64,000 bases of DNA from a virus (Duplodnaviria > Caudoviricetes): positions 121,387 through 185,386 of the IMG/VR virus record IMGVR_UViG_3300030330_004160; one strand, written 5' to 3'. A program made the translations under genes and the position numbers. Shown here piece after piece: positions 19,366-29,439 of this stretch; positions within the stretch are counted from its first letter, which is position 1, and every line of letters starts with the position of its first letter. The notes below the pieces were generated by a model that saw only the letters and a program-made list of their open reading frames with translations, searched no databases and was not told the DNA's origin.

Positions 19366-20159
19366 TAATAGGATTAGGTGGTTCTGGTAGGGCTATTAGC
19401 AAAGAGTTCAAGAAATGGGAACAATATAGAGTTATTACACCCAAAATACCCGAATATCAGACTGCTGAGGAGTACGAAAAAAATACTCCCAACTTTAAGC
19501 AATCATTTAAAGGAGTCAAAGATGAGATATGGTTTATCGTTTGTGGAACTTCGAAGGAAGCGGCATGCTCTCTACGCATCATGGAACAAATCAAGCATTG
19601 CAAGATCAAGGTACTTTATGTCTACCCTGAGGTCGATTTTCTATCTCCCGGAGCCCAAAAGAGACACAGAGTGGTATTTGGTGTCCTCCAAGAATATGCA
19701 AGATCAGGTTTGTTGGATTCTATGTATATCGTCTCTAACGAAACAATTGAAAAGATGCATGGAGGAGGCACAATAAGCAATCATTATGGTAGAATTAATG
19801 AGACAATAGCTAGCACAGTGCACTATTACAATATTTATAGAAATACTGACCCTGTCATGGGATCAACCCATCAGCCAAGACATATTGATCGAATCAGAAC
19901 ATTTGGTTTGCTTGATATGAATAAAAATGAAGAAATCTTTCTATTTCCCCTTGACAAGCCGACAGGAATATGCTATATTTATAATATAACGAGGGATGAT
20001 TTGGACAACAACAATACACTTCTTACTAATATGAAAGAGAAGACCAAAATTAATGTTATAAACAACATCAATTCTTCGTTTTCGATATATGAGACCGAAT
20101 ATGATCAAAACTTCTGTCATATGGTAGCATATACACACTTTGTTCAAGAAGAAAAATAA
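19359..20159 (+). CDS. Divergent tubulin/FtsZ-family (PhuZ-like) protein
   Basis: N-terminal IIGLGGSG nucleotide loop, VLYVYP and YIVSNE; the GGGTGSG signature is degenerate. Confidence 0.55.
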   Translation: MVIIGLGGSGRAISKEFKKWEQYRVITPKIPEYQTAEEYEKNTPNFKQSFKGVKDEIWFIVCGTSKEAACSLRIMEQIKHCKIKVLYVYPEVDFLSPGAQKRHRVVFGVLQEYARSGLLDSMYIVSNETIEKMHGGGTISNHYGRINETIASTVHYYNIYRNTDPVMGSTHQPRHIDRIRTFGLLDMNKNEEIFLFPLDKPTGICYIYNITRDDLDNNNTLLTNMKEKTKINVINNINSSFSIYETEYDQNFCHMVAYTHFVQEEK

Positions 20160-20168
20160 ACTTTTTTC

Positions 20169-20196
20169 TTGACAATATAGCCAAATCGGTTATATT
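20169..20196 (+). promoter_or_regulatory. Sigma70-like promoter
   Basis: TTGACA-16-TATATT in an intergenic region. Confidence 0.7.
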
Positions 20197-20244
20197 ATTA
20201 AAGAGAGACAAACTCTCACCTATTCTAAACAACATGGAGGATAT

Positions 20245-20493
20245 ATGAATAGCAACTACACAACTTACACTGGCACCTTTCTTACTCGCTCTGGTCGTTC
20301 ACGCAAGATGACCTTTATTAAAGGTGCTGATATCCCTGCGGGATTTGCTACTGGCAAAGCCCCACGCATCGCTGAGGGATCTGAGATTGTATATGACATC
20401 GAACACAATGGATTTCGTGTGTTCAACTGGAATACGGTACAAGGTTCCGTAACTGAAGGAAAAATTAATTATTCGTTTGACAATAAACGTTAA
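20245..20493 (+). CDS. Small WYL/DUF2693-like beta-barrel protein
   Basis: GTFLTRSGRSRKMTF...VYDIEHNGFRVFNW; strong SD GGAGG. Confidence 0.5.
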   Translation: MNSNYTTYTGTFLTRSGRSRKMTFIKGADIPAGFATGKAPRIAEGSEIVYDIEHNGFRVFNWNTVQGSVTEGKINYSFDNKR

Positions 20494-20588
20494 ACACATT
20501 ATATTGCAATTAGCGGGGGGCGATATTTGGCCCCCCGACTTTAGGGTGTATCCCCATAATGACCATTAAAACATAGGAGAAAACAAAA

Positions 20589-21356
20589 ATGGCACTTAAT
20601 ATCGAAAAAATGAGACAAAAACTTGAAGCATCCCGCAATGGTGGGAAAGTAAAGAATACTGGATTCAAATGGCGCCCTTCTGAAGGCGACCAAACCGTCC
20701 GCATTCTACCAACCTCAGATGGAGATTCTTTCCGAGAGTTTCACTTCCACTACAATGTAGGGAGGAACCCTGGCATCCTCTGCCCAAAACGAAACTACGG
20801 AGAAGAATGTCCTATTTGTGATTTTGCATCCAAACTATGGCGTGAAGGTGTTGAAAACAACAACGAAACAGCCAAAAAAGAAGCAAAGAAATTGTTCGCT
20901 CGCAAGCGATACTATTCTCCAATCATTGTACGTGGAGAAGAGAGTTCTGGTGTCCGAGTGTGGGCCTACGGCAAAACTGCCTATGAAACCCTCCTTGGAT
21001 ACGTTTTAGATCCCGATTATGGTGACATTACAGACCCAGAAACTGGAACTGATATTGTTCTTAACTACACAGTGCCTGGAACCCCTGGTTCATTCCCCAA
21101 AACAGCACTCAAGCCCCGTCGTCGTCCCTCAATTTTATGTGATGATATGGTAGATGACTGCGCTGCACTTCTTGATAGTGTCCCAGACGTTGAAACCCTT
21201 TTTGAACGAAAGTCCACTCAGGATATCCAAGGTCTGCTGGATGAATACCTGTCCTCCGATTCCTCCTCCGAAGCCTCCTCCAGAGAGACACACAAATATA
21301 AGAGTAACGCAACCTCAAAGGTAGACGCTGCTTATGCTGAACTGATGAATGACTAG
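20589..21356 (+). CDS. Single-stranded DNA-binding protein (T4 gp32-like)
   Basis: VRILP, FHFHY, CPKRNYGEECPIC zinc site, YGDITDPETGTDI, acidic tail. Confidence 0.85.
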   Translation: MALNIEKMRQKLEASRNGGKVKNTGFKWRPSEGDQTVRILPTSDGDSFREFHFHYNVGRNPGILCPKRNYGEECPICDFASKLWREGVENNNETAKKEAKKLFARKRYYSPIIVRGEESSGVRVWAYGKTAYETLLGYVLDPDYGDITDPETGTDIVLNYTVPGTPGSFPKTALKPRRRPSILCDDMVDDCAALLDSVPDVETLFERKSTQDIQGLLDEYLSSDSSSEASSRETHKYKSNATSKVDAAYAELMND

Positions 21357-21379
21357 CATCTATGCGTGTAGAGTCTATG

Positions 21380-21409
21380 GCCCCGAGACTTAAAACTAGG
21401 GGCTTTTTT
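21380..21409 (+). terminator. Rho-independent terminator
   Basis: GCCCCGAG...CTAGGGGC followed by T6. Confidence 0.65.
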
Positions 21410-21425
21410 AATTTCGGAGGACAAT

Positions 21426-21911
21426 ATGGGAGCGACACACTTATCTGATAGAAGTAATTGGCAGAAAGGCGCAAGGATAGTAGGAGACGCAGGAGAGAAT
21501 GATTTTATATATCATCTACGTCCCTTGTTACCTTCTTCTTATGTGATTAGACACAAGCCAGAAAAGCTTGTAATCTACAGTAGCAACAAAGGGATTAAAC
21601 TTGATTCTAAAATAGTAAATACCGAGACAGGAAAATGTCTCTTTATTGAGAAAAAGACTGGTAATAACGGTGGCAATGCTCATGAGAGAGTCTACAAGTT
21701 TATGTCTCCATCTTTAAAAAGAAAAATTATAAAAGAACACAATGCTGTAGATCAACCTTTTTTTCTTGTTTTTTCTGGTAAGACTTTCCAAGGACAAAAA
21801 TATCAAGATGAACTTGAGTTGCTCCTTGAGGAAGAGAACTATATCATAATGGAACAAGGCTTCAGCAATATAGCAGAAGCAGCAAATAAAATCACGGAGG
21901 TGCTAGGATGA
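21426..21911 (+). CDS. Putative type II restriction endonuclease, EcoRI/MunI-like
   Basis: KLD...IEKK (PD-(D/E)xK-like) and GNAHER motif; overlaps the adjacent MTase. Confidence 0.6.
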   Translation: MGATHLSDRSNWQKGARIVGDAGENDFIYHLRPLLPSSYVIRHKPEKLVIYSSNKGIKLDSKIVNTETGKCLFIEKKTGNNGGNAHERVYKFMSPSLKRKIIKEHNAVDQPFFLVFSGKTFQGQKYQDELELLLEEENYIIMEQGFSNIAEAANKITEVLG

Positions 21912-22768
21912 AACCATTATTTATGTGGGCAGGTGGCAAGAATAAAATGCTAAAGAAATATGCAAAGCATTTACCAACCAGCGTAGAACATTATGTTGAG
22001 CCATTTCTTGGTGGCGGCGCAATGTTTATTTGGGCGTATAAACTCAACCCAGAAGCAGAGTTTGTACTTAATGATTATAACGAATCAGTTATGGCTGTCT
22101 ATCGGGCGATTAAGAATGATATTAATCCATTTATTAAGAGAATGGACGAACTCCAAGAGAAGTATATGCCGTTAGATAAGGCAGCCAGAAAAAAGTTTTA
22201 TTATGACTTGCGAGAAGAACACGCATTTGATTATAAAAAGTGGACGAGAACAGAAGAGGCAGCAAGTCTGTACTTCTTGATGAAGACCGGATTCAACGGA
22301 ATCTGGCAGATTAACAAAAACACAGGTGGAAGGTTTGGAACTCCATCTGGTCTTCTCAATCAGAAGACGAAGGTGTATGATAAGGACAATGTCCTTGCTT
22401 GGCACAAGGCGCTACAAAGGTGTAAACTTATGAGCGGAGATTATAAAGAAACATTCCCCGAGGTTAAATCAAACTCTTACGTATTTCTAGACCCACCATA
22501 CAGAGGCTCATTCACTCAATACGGAGTAGACTTTGACGACAAGATGCAGAATGGAGTTATTAAATATCTTAATGATTCAACCGCTTTGGGAGCATATGCC
22601 TTGATGTCCAATCGTGATGTTGGCGATGGTTTCTTCGAAGCCAGAGTTGGCAAAAATGACATCGTTTATTTCGATGTAACTTATACAGCAGGTCGTCGCA
22701 AAAAAGAAGCAGACGGTAGCCATAGTGCAAAAAAAGCAAGAGAAATCTTGATGATAGGAAAGCAATAG
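21908..22768 (+). CDS. DNA adenine methyltransferase (Dam/D12 family)
   Basis: WAGGK, EPFLGGGA, GFNG, LDPPY. Confidence 0.9.
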   Translation: MKPLFMWAGGKNKMLKKYAKHLPTSVEHYVEPFLGGGAMFIWAYKLNPEAEFVLNDYNESVMAVYRAIKNDINPFIKRMDELQEKYMPLDKAARKKFYYDLREEHAFDYKKWTRTEEAASLYFLMKTGFNGIWQINKNTGGRFGTPSGLLNQKTKVYDKDNVLAWHKALQRCKLMSGDYKETFPEVKSNSYVFLDPPYRGSFTQYGVDFDDKMQNGVIKYLNDSTALGAYALMSNRDVGDGFFEARVGKNDIVYFDVTYTAGRRKKEADGSHSAKKAREILMIGKQ

Positions 22769-22776
22769 GAGGTAGA

Positions 22777-23148
22777 ATGACAGCACAAGCACATATGAAA
22801 GAAACTTATTATAACGATGAAACAGAGGAAACTTACAATACATTTCAAGAGTTTCTAGAGTCAGTGGACAAGTATTGGTGGTATCACAATATTGGCACAA
22901 GCGATTCTTGTGATGACGACCGGTACTTTAAATTAGTCCACGAAGAAGTCCTTGAATCGTACCTTGATTTTAAAAGAGGTTATAAAATGATCCAATATAT
23001 ATACGAAGCCTTAGATGGCTCTTATTGGGGAATTGAATTAACCAACTATCATCATGGTGAAAATGATTTGGACCACAACACAACTGTCTGGAAACAGTTT
23101 AACAAAACCAAAAGAAGAGTAACTATTACCGAATGGAAGGAGGTATAA
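22777..23148 (+). CDS. Hypothetical protein
   Basis: 123-aa ORF with SD AGGAGG. Confidence 0.6.
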   Translation: MTAQAHMKETYYNDETEETYNTFQEFLESVDKYWWYHNIGTSDSCDDDRYFKLVHEEVLESYLDFKRGYKMIQYIYEALDGSYWGIELTNYHHGENDLDHNTTVWKQFNKTKRRVTITEWKEV

Positions 23149-24261
23149 TTGGGAAAAGTATTACAAATGGCGGTTAAGCCGGGAAAGATTGACATTTCAG
23201 CAATGAAAAAGTTTGTCAATAAGAAAGTGGGACTTGACGTAGCACACGACCTACGACAGGACAATCCCACAACAGTGAAACAGTGGATCCCCACGGGATC
23301 TAGATGGTTAGACTCTATTATATGTAGAGGGAGATATGCGGGTATCCCCGTTGGGAAGATTACCGAGATTGCCGGACTCAGTTCAGCAGGTAAATCTTTC
23401 ATGGCTGTACAAGTAGCAGCCAACGCCCAGAAGATGGGCATGTTCGTGGTGTATTTCGACGCAGAGAGTGCTATTGATCCAATGTTCCTGACCGATGCTG
23501 GTGTGGACATTAATGAGAACTTTCTCTATATCCAAGCAGTATCTGTGGAAAAGACACTTGAGACTATTGAAGACATGATGAGCGAATGGCCAGATCAGCA
23601 GTTTCTGTTTATTTGGGACAGTATCGCAGCAACGACAGCGGAAAAAGACCTTGAGGGAGACTTCAACCCTCAGTCAAGTATGGCGATGAAGCCGAGAATT
23701 TTCTCCAAAGCATTTCCAAAATTGACGATTCCTTTGGCGAACCAGCAAAGTTCCCTTCTTCTGATCAATCAGTTGAAGACGAATATCACAAGCAATGTAG
23801 CAGAGGCCATGACGACACCTTACATCGCACCAGGTGGAAAGGCTATCGAATACTTCAGTTCATTGCGGATTTGGCTCACCAAGCGGAAAGCAAAGGCTTC
23901 TTTCGTTACTGATGACTCAGGGTACCGTGTAGGTTCCGAGGTTAAAGTAAAAGTTCAAAAGTCTCGCTTCGGCTCCGAAGGTCGGGAATGTACATTCAAG
24001 ATTCTTTGGGGTCACCATGTAGGTATCCAAGATGAAGAGAGTTGGCTTACAGCGATTCGTATGGCCAAGTCAGATAGATATAGAACCGCAGGTGCATGGA
24101 ACTATATCAAAGACAAAGACGGCAAAGAGTACAAATTTCAAGCGAAAGATTGGAAGAGTAAACTCACTGATGAGAAGTTCAGACAAGCCGTGTTTGATAT
24201 CATGGATGAAGAAATCATTATGAAGTTCGACTCGCAAGAGAAGGACATTACAGTAGAGTGA
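23149..24261 (+). CDS. recA: RecA/UvsX recombinase
   Basis: IPTGS..LD, Walker A GLSSAGKS, FDAESA, IWDSIAA, INQLK, PGGKAI; TTG start after GGAGG. Confidence 0.9.
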   Translation: MGKVLQMAVKPGKIDISAMKKFVNKKVGLDVAHDLRQDNPTTVKQWIPTGSRWLDSIICRGRYAGIPVGKITEIAGLSSAGKSFMAVQVAANAQKMGMFVVYFDAESAIDPMFLTDAGVDINENFLYIQAVSVEKTLETIEDMMSEWPDQQFLFIWDSIAATTAEKDLEGDFNPQSSMAMKPRIFSKAFPKLTIPLANQQSSLLLINQLKTNITSNVAEAMTTPYIAPGGKAIEYFSSLRIWLTKRKAKASFVTDDSGYRVGSEVKVKVQKSRFGSEGRECTFKILWGHHVGIQDEESWLTAIRMAKSDRYRTAGAWNYIKDKDGKEYKFQAKDWKSKLTDEKFRQAVFDIMDEEIIMKFDSQEKDITVE

Positions 24262-24284
24262 GCCCATGTGGCTCCTCATTTTTG

Positions 24285-24310
24285 CCCCTCGGGAAACCGA
24301 GGGGTTTTTT
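24285..24310 (+). terminator. Rho-independent terminator
   Basis: CCCCTCGG-GAAA-CCGAGGGG followed by T6. Confidence 0.85.
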
Positions 24311-24312
24311 AT

Positions 24313-24340
24313 TTGACAAATGCGGAGGATATGTTATATT
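24313..24340 (+). promoter_or_regulatory. Sigma70-like promoter
   Basis: TTGACA-16-TATATT. Confidence 0.7.
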
Positions 24341-24359
24341 ATAAGGACAAGGAGGACTT

Positions 24360-25331
24360 ATGGAAGAGAGAAAAAATAGAGTAATCTTAATTGATGCTCT
24401 TAACATGTTTATACGATCTTATGTGATCAACCCTACCTTGGATGCCAAGGGTAGGCCGATAGGTGGAGTAATCGGCTTTATGAAGTCATTACAGAAGGTT
24501 TGCAGGGAACTACGACCTCATGAGGTTATTGTTTGCTGGGATGGCCTAGGAGGCTCGCAGAAGAGAAAGGCACAAAACAAGAACTACAAGGCTGGACGTA
24601 AGCCACTACGATTCAACCGTAGAATGATTGAACTTGACCCCGAGGCTCAAGAACAAAATAGAATTTATCAACTCATAAGACTTCATGAGTATCTCAATGA
24701 GATGCCTGTGATACAGTTGACAGTTGATGGAGTTGAGGCTGATGATATTATTGCCCACGCCGTAAACCACAGCAAATACACAGATTGGGAGCGAATCATT
24801 ATATCTAGCGACAGAGATTTCTTTCAGTTATGCAATGCTGGCACAGTGGTGTATCGCCCAATACAAAACGAGGTCATCACCAGAGGGATGCTTACAATGA
24901 AAGAGGGCATCCACCCATGCAACTACGCTCTAGCGAGAGCCATTGTTGGAGACAAGTCAGATAACCTTCCAGGGATCAACAGAGTCGGTATGAAGACGGT
25001 CGCTAAAATATTTTCATTCCTTGAGGAAGCGAAGCAGTACGACGTTGAAGATATCATCAATCACTGCGAATCTGTTGAGAAAAAGGCAGCAACACATAGG
25101 AACATTATAGAAGGCAAAGAAATCATTCAAAAGAACTACAACCTGATGCAGTTGTATAGCCCTTTGATTTCCTACACAAACAAAAAATCTATTGATTACA
25201 ACATCAATGAGTTTGAGCCCGAGTTCAATAAAACAAATATTTTTAAGATGTTGATTGAAGACGGACATGCATCATTTAAGTTAGACAATCTTTATGCTAT
25301 CATGAAAAGTATCACAAGGAGGAAAAAATGA
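24360..25331 (+). CDS. 5'-3' exonuclease/flap endonuclease (Pol I N-terminal domain, T4 RNase H-like)
   Basis: LIDALN, YKAGR, VEADDII, SSDRDFFQL, GDKSDNLPGI. Confidence 0.92.
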   Translation: MEERKNRVILIDALNMFIRSYVINPTLDAKGRPIGGVIGFMKSLQKVCRELRPHEVIVCWDGLGGSQKRKAQNKNYKAGRKPLRFNRRMIELDPEAQEQNRIYQLIRLHEYLNEMPVIQLTVDGVEADDIIAHAVNHSKYTDWERIIISSDRDFFQLCNAGTVVYRPIQNEVITRGMLTMKEGIHPCNYALARAIVGDKSDNLPGINRVGMKTVAKIFSFLEEAKQYDVEDIINHCESVEKKAATHRNIIEGKEIIQKNYNLMQLYSPLISYTNKKSIDYNINEFEPEFNKTNIFKMLIEDGHASFKLDNLYAIMKSITRRKK

Positions 25332-25930
25332 AAGCAATTCTTAAAGTATCGCCACTTATCAAAGATTATGAGTTACGATATAAACCAGTAATTATTACGG
25401 TTAATGAGTTTACCGAAAAATCAGCATTAGAATTTTCAACAAAGATGACGTTGGCACATAACACAGGCCAACCACTTATACCAATTGTTATTGATTCGTA
25501 TGGAGGTCAAGTTTACTCGCTAATGTCTATGATAGCCGAGATACGCTCCGCTAGCCTTCCAATCGCCACTATAGTGCAAGGTAAAGCAATGTCCTGCGGG
25601 GCCGTGCTGACAACCTTTGGAGCACCAGGGATGCGATATATGGATCCTGATGCGACATTCATGATTCATGATGTTAGTTCTATGGCTTGGGGCAAGATTG
25701 CGGAGATGAAAGCAGATGTTGAGGAAGCCGGCAGGTTAAATGAAAAAATCTTTACTATGATGGATAGAAACTGCGGCCAGCCTGATGGCTTTTTTATGAA
25801 AAAGTTAAAAAAGAAAGACAGAGCAGATTGGTATCTTGATGCCAAAAAATGTAAAAAATATGGTATTATTAATCATTTAAAGATGCCAACTATGAAAATC
25901 AGTGTAAACTGCGACATCACGGTGAAATAA
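25328..25930 (+). CDS. clpP: ClpP-family protease (copy 1)
   Basis: IDSYGG, GKAMSCG (Ser), FMIHD (His), DWYLDA (Asp). Confidence 0.8.
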   Translation: MKAILKVSPLIKDYELRYKPVIITVNEFTEKSALEFSTKMTLAHNTGQPLIPIVIDSYGGQVYSLMSMIAEIRSASLPIATIVQGKAMSCGAVLTTFGAPGMRYMDPDATFMIHDVSSMAWGKIAEMKADVEEAGRLNEKIFTMMDRNCGQPDGFFMKKLKKKDRADWYLDAKKCKKYGIINHLKMPTMKISVNCDITVK

Positions 25931-25995
25931 ATAAAAGTACTGCTTGACAGAGGTCAGCCAATCAGTTAATAGTTATATATGCTTAGGAGGAAACT

Positions 25996-27351
25996 ATGGA
26001 GAGAAAGAACGAGACAATGATGAGGTTCGGAACGACGTTTCAAGAGAACCTATGTCAACTTATTTTAGAGGATCGCCCATTTTGTGATCAAATAGAGGAG
26101 GTGTTAGATGTTGAGTTTTTGGAGTTGCGGTATTTGCAAGTTTTTGCGAAGACAATATTTAACTATCGATTGAAATACGGAACTCATCCAACTTATGATA
26201 TAACTGCTACTATGTTGAAGTCTGACCTTAAAGCAGAGAACGAGGCTGTAAAAAAGCAAGTGCGAGATTACTTTACTCGCATCATGTCCGGCGAAGTCAA
26301 GGGAACTGAGTATATTAAAGACCGTTCCCTTGACTTTTGTCGTAAGCAAGTGTTGAAAGGCGCCATGATGAAGTCGATTGGTCTTTTGAAAACCTCGTCC
26401 TTTGACGAGATTCAGAAAATTATCGATGACGCACTTAAGTTAGGCACTGATAACAATTTCGGTCACGATTTCCTTAAAGATTTTGAACAAAGATTTCTTG
26501 TTAAGTCCCGAGACCCCATATCCACAGGTTGGAAAAGAATCGACGAGATTTGCAAAGGAGGTATTGGCAAAAGAGAACTTGGTGTCGTTATCGCACCCAC
26601 TGGTGCTGGTAAATCTATGGTGCTCTGCCATCTCGGAACACAGGCACTAAAAGAAGGAAAGACTGTTATACACTATACTCTAGAACTCGCAGATTCTGTT
26701 GTAGGCACTCGTTATGATTGCTGTCTGTCGGGCGTTTCTCTACGTGACCACAAAATAAATAAAGAAAAAATATTTGATGTGGTATCTGAAGTAGATGGTC
26801 ATCTAATTATTAAGGAATACCCGACGAAGTCTGCTTCGACTAACACAATCAAAACTCATATCGAAAAACTGAAGAAACGTGGTATTGAGCCTGATATGAT
26901 TATTGTCGATTACGCTGACTTACTGAGACCAGTCAGAAACACAAGCGAAAAGAGGCATGATTTGGAGAATATTTATGAAGAACTTAGAGCGATTGCTCAA
27001 GTTTATGATTGTCCCTTATGGACTGCTTCGCAAACAAACCGCTCTGGTTTAAATGCTGAAGTTATTACCATGGAAGCAATATCTGAAGCATTTAATAAAT
27101 GTTTTGTTGCGGATTTCATTTGTTCTCTATCAAGAACAGTTGAAGACAAGAATGCCAATACAGGCAGAGTGTTCATAGCGAAAAACAGAAACGGACCAGA
27201 TGGCTTGGTATTTCCAGCATTCGTGGATTGGTCTAATATTCGTATCAAGATACTAGAGAGAAACAACGGGGAAGAGGGCGCTCCTGTTGAGTCAACAAAA
27301 GAAGCCCTTGATTTTCTTAAGAAAAAATACAAAGACATGAGGAATAAATAA
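25996..27351 (+). CDS. Replicative DnaB-like helicase (gp41-like)
   Basis: Walker A APTGAGKS, YTLEL, IIKEYPT, IVDYADL, TASQTNR, KNRNG. Confidence 0.92.
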   Translation: MERKNETMMRFGTTFQENLCQLILEDRPFCDQIEEVLDVEFLELRYLQVFAKTIFNYRLKYGTHPTYDITATMLKSDLKAENEAVKKQVRDYFTRIMSGEVKGTEYIKDRSLDFCRKQVLKGAMMKSIGLLKTSSFDEIQKIIDDALKLGTDNNFGHDFLKDFEQRFLVKSRDPISTGWKRIDEICKGGIGKRELGVVIAPTGAGKSMVLCHLGTQALKEGKTVIHYTLELADSVVGTRYDCCLSGVSLRDHKINKEKIFDVVSEVDGHLIIKEYPTKSASTNTIKTHIEKLKKRGIEPDMIIVDYADLLRPVRNTSEKRHDLENIYEELRAIAQVYDCPLWTASQTNRSGLNAEVITMEAISEAFNKCFVADFICSLSRTVEDKNANTGRVFIAKNRNGPDGLVFPAFVDWSNIRIKILERNNGEEGAPVESTKEALDFLKKKYKDMRNK

Positions 27352-29207
27352 TGGACGTAGCAAGTAAAATTTTATCAGACATCACAGTGCATATGAAATA
27401 TGCAAGATACTTAGACGATGACAACAGAAGAGAGAATTGGAATGAGTTGGTTACTAGAAATATGCAAATGCATATCAAGAAGTATCCGCACTTACAAGAC
27501 GAAATAGAATCAGCGTATCAATACGTATACGACAGGAAGATACTGCCTTCAATGAGATCAATGCAGTTCGCCGGCAAACCAATATCAGTCAGCCCTAATC
27601 GTGTGTTCAACTGTGCATATGCTCCTGCTGATGATCTCCGAGTATTTGGAGAGATTATGTTTCTTCTGCTTGGGGGAACTGGTGTTGGATTCTCTGTACA
27701 AAAACATCACGTTGAGAAACTCCCTCCAATACGCAAGCCGAATGCGAAAAGGTCGCGACGTTTCTTGGTTGGGGATTCAATCGAAGGATGGGCAGACTCT
27801 ATCACAGCGCTTATTAAGTCTTATTTTAAGGGCACATCAAAAGTTCGTTTTGATTTTTCTGATATCCGTCCCAAAGGTGCACGCCTAGTTACAAGTGGAG
27901 GCAAAGCACCCGGCCCACAGCCACTTCGTGAGTGCCTCGTTAAGATTGAGGGCCTTCTTGATGCAAAAGAAAGCGGAGACCAACTTAAACCAATTGAAGT
28001 TCACGATATTGTCTGTCACGTTGCAGATGCTGTCTTGGCTGGCGGTATCCGTCGTGCTGCTCTTATTTCTTTGTTTAGTGTCGATGATGAAGATATGCTT
28101 GCGGCTAAAGCAGGAAATTGGTGGGAGACTAACCCGCAGAGAGGTCGTGCTAATAACTCTGTTGTTGTTATGCGTCATAGGGCTGACCAAGAACTGTTTC
28201 TAAATCTTTGGGAAAGAATAAAGGCATCCGGCGCAGGAGAGCCTGGCATCTACTTTACGAACGATAAGGAGTGGGGCTGTAATCCGTGCTGCGAGATTGC
28301 CCTCCGTCCCTTCCAGTTTTGTAATCTTACGGAAGTAAATGTTAGCAACGTTGAGACACAAGAGGAATATAACGCTCGTGCAAAAGCAGCCTCCTTCGTC
28401 GGAACACTCCAGGCTTCCTATACTGATTTTCACTATCTAAGACCAGTATGGCAGAGAAACACTGAAAAAGATTATCTGATTGGAGTTTCCATGACCGGAA
28501 TAGCCTCGGGTAAAGTATTGGAACTTAACATGAAAGAGGCCGCTAACGTTGTTAAGAAAGAAAATGAGCGTGTGGCTACAATGCTTGATATCAAGCCGGC
28601 TGCTCGCTGCACCACAACCAAACCTGCTGGTACAACTTCGCTTGTTTTGGGAACTTCATCGGGTATCCACGCTTGGCATAATGATTACTATATCCGTCGC
28701 ATTAGAGTGGGTAAAAATGAAGCAATATACAAATATCTAGAGCAGAACCACCCTTCTTTGATTGAGGACGAGTTCTTCAGGCCACACGATACAGCGATCA
28801 TCTCAGTGCCACAAAAATCACCAGAAAACGCAATAACTCGCAACGAAAGCGCACTTGATTTACTTGAGAGAGTCAAAAAAGTTCACACCGAGTGGGTAAA
28901 AACAGGCCACAGAAAAGGACAGAACTCTAATAATGTTTCTGCAACTGTGACAGTTAAGCCTGATGAGTGGAGTAGTGTTGGTGAATGGATGTGGAAAAAT
29001 AAAAAGTTTTATAATGGATTGTCTATCCTGCCACACTCCGACCACACCTATAAGCAAGCACCGTTTGAGGACTGCACAGAAGAGGTGTATGAAAAAATGT
29101 TAGCCACTTTAATTGAGGTTGATTTAGACCAAGTGGTAGAGATGGAAGACGAAACAGATCTTAAAGGAGAGATTGCTTGTGCCGGAGGTGCGTGCGAAAT
29201 CTTTTAA
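27351..29207 (+). CDS. nrdJ: Class II (B12-dependent) ribonucleotide reductase
   Basis: PSMR, FNCAY, GGTGVGFS, NPCCEI, FCNL, KPAGT, YKQAPFE, C-terminal ACAGGACE; no beta subunit nearby. Confidence 0.88.
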   Translation: MDVASKILSDITVHMKYARYLDDDNRRENWNELVTRNMQMHIKKYPHLQDEIESAYQYVYDRKILPSMRSMQFAGKPISVSPNRVFNCAYAPADDLRVFGEIMFLLLGGTGVGFSVQKHHVEKLPPIRKPNAKRSRRFLVGDSIEGWADSITALIKSYFKGTSKVRFDFSDIRPKGARLVTSGGKAPGPQPLRECLVKIEGLLDAKESGDQLKPIEVHDIVCHVADAVLAGGIRRAALISLFSVDDEDMLAAKAGNWWETNPQRGRANNSVVVMRHRADQELFLNLWERIKASGAGEPGIYFTNDKEWGCNPCCEIALRPFQFCNLTEVNVSNVETQEEYNARAKAASFVGTLQASYTDFHYLRPVWQRNTEKDYLIGVSMTGIASGKVLELNMKEAANVVKKENERVATMLDIKPAARCTTTKPAGTTSLVLGTSSGIHAWHNDYYIRRIRVGKNEAIYKYLEQNHPSLIEDEFFRPHDTAIISVPQKSPENAITRNESALDLLERVKKVHTEWVKTGHRKGQNSNNVSATVTVKPDEWSSVGEWMWKNKKFYNGLSILPHSDHTYKQAPFEDCTEEVYEKMLATLIEVDLDQVVEMEDETDLKGEIACAGGACEIF

Positions 29208-29223
29208 GTAAAATAGTTACTGT

Positions 29224-29439
29224 ATGGGGAAACTATACAGGACTGTTAAGAGAGGCGATTTAATAAGGTTCACTGCTCGGGGATATAGAAAACAAAAGAT
29301 ATTGGCTCTAGTAATAGAGGCATACCATTATCATGACATTCCCGAGAAGTTTGAGTCGCTTTTTTATGTATATCTGATAACTTTTGATGATATGATGTTC
29401 ATTGAACCACAGGATTTTTTAGACTTGGAGGTATTGTGA
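29224..29439 (+). CDS. Small SH3/KOW-like hypothetical protein
   Basis: VKRGDLIRF...DLEVL, same terminal pattern as the array family. Confidence 0.45.
   Translation: MGKLYRTVKRGDLIRFTARGYRKQKILALVIEAYHYHDIPEKFESLFYVYLITFDDMMFIEPQDFLDLEVL

Noticed and set aside
19359-20159. Evidence for a nucleus-forming (chimallivirus) lifestyle
   Set aside because: The tubulin is degenerate, no chimallin or multisubunit RNAP is recognisable here, and host-sigma promoters dominate; it cannot be supported from this window.
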